Positions 46,390-55,506 of a DNA stretch of 64,000 bases are shown here, piece by piece. The DNA lies in NCBI GenBank assembly GCA_963762115.1, contig CAVXJH010000007.1:1-64000 (forward strand), read 5' to 3'. The notes below the pieces were generated by a model. The model had not been told where the DNA came from. It did not search any database and saw nothing but the letters and a program-made list of their open reading frames with translations. Within the stretch, counting starts at the first letter, position 1, and every line of letters starts with the position of its first letter. The stretch comes from Candidatus Babeliales bacterium. Lineage in GTDB: Bacteria > Babelota > Babeliae > Babelales > JANWKD01. Made by a program: the position numbers and the translations under genes.

Positions 46390-47415
46390 CTAGAAGTTTA
46401 ACAATGTCTTTTGACCAAAAAACTTTTGCTTTAAAAAAGGTAACATTTTATGAGGAATCTGTCGACCGCGGGCAGTTTTTTCTAAATATCCCTGGCGCAT
46501 TAAAAATGGCTCATATACTTCTTCAAGCGTTTCTTTATCTTCACCCAACAAGGCCGCCAACGTTTCCAAGCCAACGGGCCCACCATTAAAATTTTCAACC
46601 ATTTTTCTCAAGATCATTATATCAACCGTACTTAACCCATCCTCATTAATACCTAGAAATTCCAAAGCCTGTATCACTAAAGCATCTGTTGCTTGATTAA
46701 GGTTAGTAACCTGAGCAAAATCACGTACTCTGCGTAGAATCTTTTTTGCCGTTCTTGGCGTTCCTCGTGAAGATTTGGCAATAAGCAACGCTGCTTGCGG
46801 AGAAACAATCAAATCAAGAAAAACAGCATTTTGTAAAACAATTTTTTGCAATTCATCATCAGTATAAAAATCAAGTCGCTCAACAATACCAAAACGACTC
46901 CGCAATGGCGCCGAAAGCATACCACTTTTTGTTGTTGCGCCAATCAACGTAAAAGGATGAATGGGTAAATTGATCGATTTTGCCCCTGCACCCTGACCGA
47001 TAATGACATCAACACGAAAATGTTCCATGGCACTATATAATACTTCTTCAACATTGGTGGGCATACGGTGAATTTCATCAACAAAAAAAATATCACGCGG
47101 TTCTAAACTTGTTAACAAAGCAACCAGATCACCGGTACGCTCAAGCATAGGACCACTACAAATTTTTATACCAACACCCATCACCTGCGCCATAATTTGG
47201 GAAAGCGTTGTTTTCCCCAAGCCTGGAGGCCCAAAAAGCAACAAATGATCAAGTGCTTCCCCGCGCATTTTGGCTGCCTGCGTATACACACTTAATTTTT
47301 TCTTTAGTTCTTCTTGTCCCAAATATTCATCAAATGATTTGGGCACAAAATTGTGCAATTGTTCTTCGGGTGTCTCTTGTTGCAACAAGAGACTAATTGA
47401 GTTTATTTCATGCAT
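46390..47415 (-). CDS. ruvB: Holliday junction helicase RuvB
   Basis: GPPGLGKTT, DEIHR, GATT, PLRSRFG, GGPVG. Confidence 0.97.
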   Translation of the reverse strand: MHEINSISLLLQQETPEEQLHNFVPKSFDEYLGQEELKKKLSVYTQAAKMRGEALDHLLLFGPPGLGKTTLSQIMAQVMGVGIKICSGPMLERTGDLVALLTSLEPRDIFFVDEIHRMPTNVEEVLYSAMEHFRVDVIIGQGAGAKSINLPIHPFTLIGATTKSGMLSAPLRSRFGIVERLDFYTDDELQKIVLQNAVFLDLIVSPQAALLIAKSSRGTPRTAKKILRRVRDFAQVTNLNQATDALVIQALEFLGINEDGLSTVDIMILRKMVENFNGGPVGLETLAALLGEDKETLEEVYEPFLMRQGYLEKTARGRQIPHKMLPFLKQKFFGQKTLLNF

Positions 47416-47632
47416 TATAATAACTATTTTATGTATTGAGTAATAATAACTGGTTCGATGTTATTTTTAATATGATCAAATCTAATTTTTTTTCATAATA
47501 AAGTCTATTGATCAACATTATAAATGCGACAATCACTCTATTTTTCTCTGTTCAAAAAACTGGTATTATAAGCAAAATTAACTTATTATAAATATTATTT
47601 TTTTATAGTATTTCTTACAAAGGAAAATATAT

Positions 47633-48214
47633 ATGTATTTTAAAAAATCAATCTTCACCTTATTTTTAACAATTTCTATTTTCAGTACAACGTATGCCAT
47701 GGACCTAATATCAAAAGAAACTTTGCAAGATAAAATTATCACACCAGCAATTATCTTAGGAATCGGTGCAGCAAGTGGTGCTGCTCAAGCGATAATTATG
47801 AATAAAATAAATACACATTATCATGCTAAAAACCATTGGAACATTTCTAAAAATGCCATCTTGGGAGCTTTATTTGCAATACCCGCAACAGTCATAGCAA
47901 CGGCAGAGATAGACTCTTTGCCAAAGTTAGATAATGAAGGCATCATTTGGTCCGTCGCATCTTCAACTACTTACAAAATGATAATATGCATGGGTCATTA
48001 TTATTTTATAAAAAAAGCTTTCATCGAGCAGAACAACTTTTTTAATACGCCCGAAGCAAGAAAAAATCGAAAAACAACTAACGATCTTCAAGCTTCCAAT
48101 TTTTTTCAAAGTAAGAGCAAGCATCACTCTGCGGCCATTTTTTTTCTCAATCCAACGATATCAATTGTATCAACCTTTTTGACGGCATCAATACGCAATA
48201 ATCTCGATCATTAA
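47633..48214 (+). CDS. hypothetical secreted/membrane protein
   Basis: AAGGA RBS, signal ending TYA-MD. Confidence 0.7.
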   Translation: MYFKKSIFTLFLTISIFSTTYAMDLISKETLQDKIITPAIILGIGAASGAAQAIIMNKINTHYHAKNHWNISKNAILGALFAIPATVIATAEIDSLPKLDNEGIIWSVASSTTYKMIICMGHYYFIKKAFIEQNNFFNTPEARKNRKTTNDLQASNFFQSKSKHHSAAIFFLNPTISIVSTFLTASIRNNLDH

Positions 48215-48293
48215 ACCCCTAAGCCCATATCAAACTTTCCCATAGCAATACCATGTAACCAGCCAAAGCTGACAAGCATTAACCCAATAAGAT
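48211..48293 (-). repeat. displaced rodA 3'-end copy A (more diverged)
   Basis: Encodes SFGWLHGIAMGKFDMGLGV*. Confidence 0.85.
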
Positions 48294-48296
48294 GCT

Positions 48297-49091
48297 TTAT
48301 CCATTCACTGAAATAAATGGAACCATTTTCCCGGTAACGCGAGGCAAAACACCATCCCATTTTTCTATTGCCTTAAATTGCGCTTCAATTTCTTGTAGAC
48401 GAATCAATTCTAACGTTACTGATTCTTTTTTGACTTGCAATGAGAACGCTTCCGCTTCAGCGCGAGCTCGCGTCTGCAATGCTTCTTCTTGCACTTTTAC
48501 GGTTAAATTTTTCGCCGTTTTTGCACTTTGTTCTGCAATTTGCTTATCTTCAACTGCTTTAATAAAATCGGGAGAAAAATCAAGATGAATAAAATTGAAA
48601 TCAATTAAATCTAAATAACGAGGCGCTAACCGTTCTTTTAATTCATTAATAACTTTCTCTTTTGCTTCGTGTCGACTTTGAATAAGATCTTCTGCCGTAA
48701 ATTTGGCAATAACAGCTTTTACACTTTCCTGAGTAAATGGATCAATAATAACCCGATCAAAATGTATTCCGATTTCTTGATATAATTTTAATACATCGCT
48801 AATTCTATAATTGATAACCATACCAACCGAAACAGTTTGTAAGTCACGTGACATACCTTTTGTTTCAATTGCCGCCTTATTAATTTGTGTGTTAATTTTA
48901 ATGATAGAATCAATAAGAGGAATTTTATAATAAAATCCTGATATGTTTTCTGTACTAATTACTCTGCCCAACCGCAATTGAATGGCGGTAAAACCAGGTT
49001 CAATGGTATAAAATGATAAAGGTAAAAGAAAAAAAACCAGAGAGATTATTGCCAACAAGATAAGAGTGAATGCAGTACGAATATAATTCAT
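48297..49091 (-). CDS. SPFH/prohibitin family protein
   Basis: SRDLQ, VKAVIAKFTAEDLI, FSPDFIKAVEDKQIAEQ, IEKWDGVLP. Confidence 0.92.
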   Translation of the reverse strand: MNYIRTAFTLILLAIISLVFFLLPLSFYTIEPGFTAIQLRLGRVISTENISGFYYKIPLIDSIIKINTQINKAAIETKGMSRDLQTVSVGMVINYRISDVLKLYQEIGIHFDRVIIDPFTQESVKAVIAKFTAEDLIQSRHEAKEKVINELKERLAPRYLDLIDFNFIHLDFSPDFIKAVEDKQIAEQSAKTAKNLTVKVQEEALQTRARAEAEAFSLQVKKESVTLELIRLQEIEAQFKAIEKWDGVLPRVTGKMVPFISVNG

Positions 49092-49170
49092 GTAACAATA
49101 CTTTCGATGAGACTTTTAGAAATTAATTAAGATACTATAAGTATAAATATATACCTGAAATGCACAACAA

Positions 49171-49228
49171 TTAAACACCTACCCCCCTATCAAACCTTCG
49201 CATGGCAATACCATTCAACCACCCCAAA
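49171..49228 (-). repeat. displaced rodA 3'-end copy B
   Basis: Encodes LGWLNGIAMRRFDRGVGV*. Confidence 0.9.
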
Positions 49229-49312
49229 TTGCCCATTTGCACTAATTGCATAAATTCATCATACTAAATAAGTAATTATATTTTAATAAGCACATTCATA
49301 CTAGAGAAAAAT

Positions 49313-49852
49313 TTGAATATTTATCTATCAAAAAAGCTATTATTATTGCTATTATCTTTATCCCTCAATCTATTCTGTCTTTTACCCATAGATTCCCGTT
49401 TTTCCTTACAAACATTTAATAAAGAATCAGATAAAAATTGGATCATTAAGTTATTTAATGCAAATTATGAACACCTAGTTGATCAAAATGCTAAAGATTT
49501 TTCAATTGAATGGACATTAGACAATCTAAGGCTTTTTCCAGAGTATAAAGAAAAATTAATTATAAAAACTGCCACTATTAAAACTATTCCTGCTGGCTTT
49601 ATAGCTTATTCTATAGACAATAAAAATAGAGGTAACATCGATATGCTTTGTATTGATTCCCAATGGCGTAGAAATGGATGTGGCTTCAAATTATTAAATT
49701 ACGCCGTAGAAGATTTAAAGCAAAAAGGTATTTCAAAAATAAAATTAGGGGTTACGAACATAGCTGCTCAAAAATTATATGAAAAATATGGTTTTAAAAA
49801 AAAGAAAAAATGGCCATATGGTGATTCTATTATTATGGTCTTATCTCTTTAA
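49313..49852 (+). CDS. GNAT acetyltransferase with signal peptide
   Basis: CIDSQWRRNGCG, NIAAQKLYEKYGF. Confidence 0.85.
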   Translation: MNIYLSKKLLLLLLSLSLNLFCLLPIDSRFSLQTFNKESDKNWIIKLFNANYEHLVDQNAKDFSIEWTLDNLRLFPEYKEKLIIKTATIKTIPAGFIAYSIDNKNRGNIDMLCIDSQWRRNGCGFKLLNYAVEDLKQKGISKIKLGVTNIAAQKLYEKYGFKKKKKWPYGDSIIMVLSL

Positions 49853-50961
49853 ACACCCACCCCCATATCAAACCTCCGCATAGCAATACCATTTAACCAA
49901 CCAAGACTCGCAAAATTAATCCAAAGATTGGTGATTCCATAACTAATAAAGGGAAGCGGTATACCAACAATGGGCAATAAACCAATTACCATGCCAATAT
50001 TAATAAATGCCGAAAGAACAATATGCAAAAGCAATCCCACTGCCAATAATTGAGCACTAATATTTTGTATACTCATAATGACCCAACACAATCGCCAAAA
50101 TAATCCTATAAATAATAATAAAAGACCGAGTGCCCCAACAAAGCCAAATTCTTCACCAATCACTGAAAAAATAAAATCAGTTCTACTTTCGGGCAAGAAC
50201 ATAAACTTATTCTGTGTTCCCTCAAGAAAGCCCTTACCAAATAAACCGCCTGAACCAATAGCAATTTTTGATTGTTCAATCTGATAACGCTCTTTATACA
50301 TTTCACCCTGACCCAAAAATACAGCAATTCGTTTTTGTTGATACGGCTTCAAAAAATGCCACGTTATAGGTGTTGTCATCAAAACAGCAAAAAAGAGATA
50401 TATAAAAAATTTTTGCGGCATTCCCACAAACCAGATCATTAAAAAACCGGAAATAAGAACAATGAGAGCAGTTCCTAAATCCGGTTGTTTTAAAATTAAT
50501 AAAAAGCTTACGCCTAATATGGTTAAAATGGGTAAAAATTCTTTAAATGCCACTTTAGGGAAATTCTTCTGGGTATAAAAGTAATAGGTAATATAAGCAG
50601 GCAAAAATAGCTTTGCCAATTCTGAAGGCTGAAATTTAATAAAAAACAGGTTTATCCAACGCTGAGCCCCCATTCCTACACTACCTTTAATTAAGGTAAA
50701 CAGAAGAAGCCCAATGACCACCCAATACAAAAAATACCCCCATCGACATAAAACACGGTAATCAATACCACAAAAAGCAAAATAAATCCCCAGCCCTGAT
50801 AAAATGCCAAGAGCCTGCTTTTTAAAGAATAATGAATAAGGTTGACCTGTTTTATAGGTAGCACTATAAATTAAGATAAGGCCTATTCCTGATAAAAAAC
50901 AGGTTAAAACAAAGCTAAGCCAGTCAAAATAGCGCAAATAGCGCTGATCAATCAAAAACAT
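49849..50961 (-). CDS. rodA: peptidoglycan glycosyltransferase RodA
   Basis: GAQRWI, FQPSELAK, QPDLGT, LPESRTDFIF, GIPLPFISYG. Confidence 0.93.
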   Translation of the reverse strand: MFLIDQRYLRYFDWLSFVLTCFLSGIGLILIYSATYKTGQPYSLFFKKQALGILSGLGIYFAFCGIDYRVLCRWGYFLYWVVIGLLLFTLIKGSVGMGAQRWINLFFIKFQPSELAKLFLPAYITYYFYTQKNFPKVAFKEFLPILTILGVSFLLILKQPDLGTALIVLISGFLMIWFVGMPQKFFIYLFFAVLMTTPITWHFLKPYQQKRIAVFLGQGEMYKERYQIEQSKIAIGSGGLFGKGFLEGTQNKFMFLPESRTDFIFSVIGEEFGFVGALGLLLLFIGLFWRLCWVIMSIQNISAQLLAVGLLLHIVLSAFINIGMVIGLLPIVGIPLPFISYGITNLWINFASLGWLNGIAMRRFDMGVGV

Positions 50962-51134
50962 GGGTATTCCTCATAAAACAGCATACAAATTGTAGTTAAA
51001 AAATAGATAATTTTAAGAAATTTGTCATGTATAAAGACAAAAGCCAATTTTAATTAAATAATCTATTTGACAATATTTAAAATTAAGAATATGATTCTTT
51101 ATAGTAATACGCTTTAAAATATCGAGGAGAAGCC

Positions 51135-52859
51135 ATGTTTAAGCAAATATATATAAAAATGTTTTCAATTTGCATTATAGCAGCCTTAACAACTCAAAGT
51201 TTTGGCATGTTCATACTTACAAAAAAATTACATAAAAAAAACTGTGCATACGTTATGTATAGACAATCACAAAATGAAGAACAAGCAACAGTATCATCTC
51301 ATGCAAATAACCAAGAAACACTCTTTTCGGAAAAAGAAACTGATGCTCCTTTGGAAGCCTTAACAAGTTCCTCTGAAGAATCTGAAGAAACGGTGCAATC
51401 GAAAAGTATTTTTTCACGATTACTCGATTATTTTACCCCCGTACCAGCAACCGTAGAAGTTAACTCACACATTTATAATGGAAACAAAATTGAAATGTCT
51501 GAAAACCGTTGCATAAAACAAATCTATGTAACGAATCAATTTGGTACTCATGGTGGTGGCGATGCAAGTTGTGGCTATCAATCATTGAAAAATGCTATTT
51601 ATCTTATAAAGGCATTACAAGAATCTAGCACAACAGAGAGTTTAAATAACGATTTGAATAATCTTACTATTATCAATACTTTATTTGGACCAGTGCACAA
51701 AAACTCTGTCGGCACTTGGCGTGCAATCATCATGCAAAAGCGTGCTTTAATAGTATTCAAAAATTATATTTATCAACGCTTAGAACTTAAAAAATTAGAT
51801 GAAATACAAGAAAATACCTGTATACAATTTGAAAGCAAAAAACGTTTTCTTCTGAATAAAAGTAAAATTCGTGAGGTCTTTGCGACCTTACTCAATAAAT
51901 ATGCTCAAGAAGCAGCAGAAGCATTAACAAATGGCCAAACAACACAATTATATATTAATCCTGAACTTATCATTGAATATATTCAAAATAATTTAAATCC
52001 TGAAGTTATACAAGATCCTCAGGAATTTATAGAAGAAAGCTCCATTTGCTTAGATGAGAATCCAAGCATTGAATGTCATGACCTTGATGAACTATTTGGT
52101 TTATTATATACCTACCTCCGAGAAAACAACACCATTGACACCTATATTAACCTTTCGTCAATAAAAACATTTGAGCTCTCCCTTGATAATTCAAAAGAGG
52201 CTTTTGATCTCTATAATAATAACAACTCAAATCCATCACAATTGGATGGTGATTGGCTCCAAGAAGAAGAAATTTATGCCTTAAAAAATCTTGAAGCAGC
52301 AGACAACATTCATTGTATGAAAGAAAGCAGAAATGGCCTATTGCATGGACTTGATTACAAGTTCACCATTATTGAAGATGTTAACGATTTAACCGGCACA
52401 CATGGTGACACTATTAATCACGAAATTTTCCAAGAAATAGAACTCAAATCACAAAAAGGTATTAATAAAGCAAAAACTGCCTTAGCAGCAGATGAAATAA
52501 AAAAATATATCCATGCTTTTATTGTAGGAACTGCTGACAGATCTCGATCAACTCATGGTCATTGGTTTGTGTTACTGCTTTATAAGCATGACAATATGCA
52601 TGAATATATTGTTATGGATTCAGCCAATAACGCAAATCGCTTATATGACGAACGGGTGAAAAAAATTATTTCGCTACTAGAAAATCAAGATTTAACGGAT
52701 AAAATTGTCGCATCACCTGAAGAATTAAAAGAACTTGAAAATAAAATTAGAACTAAAGTTGCTGAACATGATTTGGAAGCACTTGATCTTATTGAAAACT
52801 ATAAACAATGTGGTGGAACAATTGATTTTTCTGAAGAAACACAAGCATTATTCTCATAA
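51135..52859 (+). CDS. secreted putative cysteine protease
   Basis: NQ...SCGY near the N-terminus; GHWFVL...VMDS near the C-terminus. Confidence 0.55.
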   Translation: MFKQIYIKMFSICIIAALTTQSFGMFILTKKLHKKNCAYVMYRQSQNEEQATVSSHANNQETLFSEKETDAPLEALTSSSEESEETVQSKSIFSRLLDYFTPVPATVEVNSHIYNGNKIEMSENRCIKQIYVTNQFGTHGGGDASCGYQSLKNAIYLIKALQESSTTESLNNDLNNLTIINTLFGPVHKNSVGTWRAIIMQKRALIVFKNYIYQRLELKKLDEIQENTCIQFESKKRFLLNKSKIREVFATLLNKYAQEAAEALTNGQTTQLYINPELIIEYIQNNLNPEVIQDPQEFIEESSICLDENPSIECHDLDELFGLLYTYLRENNTIDTYINLSSIKTFELSLDNSKEAFDLYNNNNSNPSQLDGDWLQEEEIYALKNLEAADNIHCMKESRNGLLHGLDYKFTIIEDVNDLTGTHGDTINHEIFQEIELKSQKGINKAKTALAADEIKKYIHAFIVGTADRSRSTHGHWFVLLLYKHDNMHEYIVMDSANNANRLYDERVKKIISLLENQDLTDKIVASPEELKELENKIRTKVAEHDLEALDLIENYKQCGGTIDFSEETQALFS

Positions 52860-52914
52860 AAAACTACATTTGCTCGAATAAGGGGAACTGGAGGTTTCAC
52901 TTAGGTGGGGTTAC

Positions 52915-52940
52915 CATGCCGCGTAATTAAGCGCGGCATG
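52915..52940. terminator. GC-rich hairpin between convergent genes
   Basis: catgccgcg...cgcggcatg. Confidence 0.6.
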
Positions 52941-52947
52941 TGCCATT

Positions 52948-53784
52948 TTAAAAAATCTTATAATGACACACTTCTTCTAATTCTTGGATAATTTTTTCAA
53001 TAACTATTAAAGGCAACCGAAACTGCTTAAGCATAGTAGGTTTTCTCAAAAGATCTCGACACAAAACATATCCTTTTTGAATAAGAATTCTCTTTTGTCG
53101 ATTATTAAGCGATGTTAAAACAGTAACAGGATATAATGCATACTTATCGATAAGTTCCGCTAAATTGTTTTTTAAAGGGTATGACCATGCGAGTAACTTC
53201 ATATCTACACATTGAGCATACGCAATTGCTTCAGTGGTAAAATTAGTATTGGTAATAAGCATTTTTTGAACATGTTTTTTTTCAGGAAATTGTTCAATTA
53301 TTTTTTTTTGAATATCATCAAAACGAGATTTAAAATAAAGAGGAACTTTGCTATCAGATTTCAAACCCTGGCGATTATGAAATTTACATTCACCCACCAT
53401 TATAGTTACGTCTTTAGTAGCAATAAGATCAATTTCATGACTTATACAACTTCCCTGAACAAATTTTCTTGTTTGGGTTATATAACCTTGATGCAAAAAT
53501 AATTGAGCAATAAAATCTTCAAATGGATATCCCGAAGGACCCAACTGAATTAAAGCATTTTTTAAACTATAACGAGCGGCAATAGAAGGTTTTTCTTGTT
53601 GCAAAGCATTAAATGCATATTTATAAATTTCATGAGTAGTCTTGAGCTCAGTATTTTTTTCAATACTCTCAATTAATGAATCAATTACTAATGGATCAGC
53701 ACCAGATTTTTCTAATGATCTTCTAAATTTTTGAGCATTAAATTCTTGAAGTTCACCGGATGCTTTTTTGATAATTTTTTTCAT
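52948..53784 (-). CDS. ATP-cone plus Mrr-like PD-(D/E)xK nuclease domain protein
   Basis: IKKASGE..EF...KFRRSL cone; GYPFE, HEIDL...ECK. Confidence 0.85.
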   Translation of the reverse strand: MKKIIKKASGELQEFNAQKFRRSLEKSGADPLVIDSLIESIEKNTELKTTHEIYKYAFNALQQEKPSIAARYSLKNALIQLGPSGYPFEDFIAQLFLHQGYITQTRKFVQGSCISHEIDLIATKDVTIMVGECKFHNRQGLKSDSKVPLYFKSRFDDIQKKIIEQFPEKKHVQKMLITNTNFTTEAIAYAQCVDMKLLAWSYPLKNNLAELIDKYALYPVTVLTSLNNRQKRILIQKGYVLCRDLLRKPTMLKQFRLPLIVIEKIIQELEEVCHYKIF

Positions 53785-53866
53785 AGGTTCAATCAAAAAT
53801 TTTTTAATTTTTATAACTGAACATAAGCTTCACTTGATTAGCCCTATAAAGTCAACACAATAATTC

Positions 53867-54775
53867 TTATGATAACAAATCATTATTGCAATAAGAAACA
53901 GTTGGCAGCAAAGTATTTCTTTGTTGCTCAGGAATAATTCCCTTTTGATCAAAAAGCATTACAGGATCGCTATTAAAACACCGTGTTTTAAAAAGATTAT
54001 AAAATTGAGCATAATAAAGGCGATCTAAAACAATATTCATTAAAGAAACATCTTCAACATGCTGCATAATGGGGCTTATCGCAGCAATAAGCTTTGGTTG
54101 CTCAGCTTCCAGGGCAAGAACCATAGAATAAGCAGAATTTAATATCGCAAATGCACGTTCATGCTCTTCACCATCAAAAGACATTTCATCAAATGCTTTA
54201 AACATGGATGCAATACTATGTATTCTCATGGCAGATTTTTGATTATTCTCATGCGTTTGAGCGCACGAATTAATAAGCAAATCACTATTATTATGCAAAT
54301 ATTCTTCAACAATTTTCATTCTTTCAAATGCAATCGCCTCAAAAATCTTTATTGCATTATTTTGTTCTTGTGAATCAAAATACTGCGTAACCACTTGCCA
54401 AATTTTTTGTGTTTCTTTTCTATGCATACATAAACGATTAAGCTTTTTTATCAGATGAGTAAGCTTTTGTATTAATTCTTCTGAATTATCATTTTTTGTT
54501 TTTAATTTCCAAAGAGTCATCAAAATTTTTGATACCACTTTATCATACTTTATATCTGCCTGAGCATATTGATACGAAGCAAAAAGTGCGTTAGCAACAA
54601 GTTGTATTTCATCACCAGATACATGCTCAAAATAAGTATCAACAAGACATTCCATATGAGATGAAACCATTTTTGATAATGGGCTATTTGGTGATTCTAA
54701 AATGAGAATTTCTTCGGAATACAATGAAAAAAGCGTTGCGTTCAAAAACAATACTACTAAAAAAACATTTTTCAT
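53867..54775 (-). CDS. hypothetical secreted protein
   Basis: 302-aa ORF with signal peptide. Confidence 0.7.
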   Translation of the reverse strand: MKNVFLVVLFLNATLFSLYSEEILILESPNSPLSKMVSSHMECLVDTYFEHVSGDEIQLVANALFASYQYAQADIKYDKVVSKILMTLWKLKTKNDNSEELIQKLTHLIKKLNRLCMHRKETQKIWQVVTQYFDSQEQNNAIKIFEAIAFERMKIVEEYLHNNSDLLINSCAQTHENNQKSAMRIHSIASMFKAFDEMSFDGEEHERAFAILNSAYSMVLALEAEQPKLIAAISPIMQHVEDVSLMNIVLDRLYYAQFYNLFKTRCFNSDPVMLFDQKGIIPEQQRNTLLPTVSYCNNDLLS

Positions 54776-54833
54776 AACGAATTATCCCATAGGTGAGGAA
54801 TGAATAGCATATAAAGACTTAAAGGAAAAGAAA

Positions 54834-54909
54834 TGGTCGGGGCGGCCAGACTCGAACTGGCGACCCCTCGCTCCCAAAGCGAGTGCGCTACCAACTGCGC
54901 CACGCCCCG
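54834..54909 (-). tRNA. tRNA-Pro(TGG)
   Basis: CGGGGCG...TTTGGGA...GTTCGA...ACCA; promoter TTGCAT-17-TACATT upstream. Confidence 0.97.
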
Positions 54910-55004
54910 ACAGACGTAATCAATGTAATAAAGGTAATGTAGCCGTTTTTATTGAGAAATGCAACTTCTTTTTAATGCGTATTTTACTCTACGCCTAAAA
55001 ACAA

Positions 55005-55247
55005 TTATTCTTTGTCGTCGCACGTATCATTAAAATCAATTTTGAAATTAATTTTTTTTTGTTTAATTTTTTGTACAAAACCAAATTTAGTTTCAAAAAG
55101 CATAATAAGACCGCAATAAACCAGAATACTACCCAAAACTATTTTAAAGATTGGAATATCTAGGTTAAAAATAGCTTTCAATAATACCGTAATACCCAAG
55201 AGTAATAACAGCACACCGGCCAAAAAATTTCCATCCAAAAAATTCAT
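55005..55247 (-). CDS. small two-TM membrane protein
   Basis: MNFLDGNFLAGVLLLLLG; the upstream extension in the ORF track is the tRNA. Confidence 0.65.
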   Translation of the reverse strand: MNFLDGNFLAGVLLLLLGITVLLKAIFNLDIPIFKIVLGSILVYCGLIMLFETKFGFVQKIKQKKINFKIDFNDTCDDKE

Positions 55248-55264
55248 AGAAAGCCCCAAAAAAA

Positions 55265-55341
55265 TGGGGTGAGTGGTGGGGCTCGAACCCACGACCCTCA
55301 GAGCCACAACCTGATGCTCTACCAACTGAGCTACACTCACC
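55265..55341 (-). tRNA. tRNA-His(GTG) with encoded G-1
   Basis: Loop TTGTGGC, CCCA end; promoter TTGCAA-17-TACATT. Confidence 0.97.
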
Positions 55342-55506
55342 ATAAATTATTTTAATTGCTTTTAAATGTACTGTTTTTTACGTCAAATTGCAACCACTGC
55401 TTTATTTTAATGTATACATCAGGCAACCTTGTCTGTCTGAAGCCCTCATGCTACACTAAAAGCCTTCAATAGAGGAACTTTTAATAAACAATGGTAAAAA
55501 GCTACA

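Noticed and set aside
21702..49928. Diversity-generating retroelement TR/VR pairs among the duplicated segments
   Set aside because: Differences are not adenine-specific and no reverse transcriptase is present in the window
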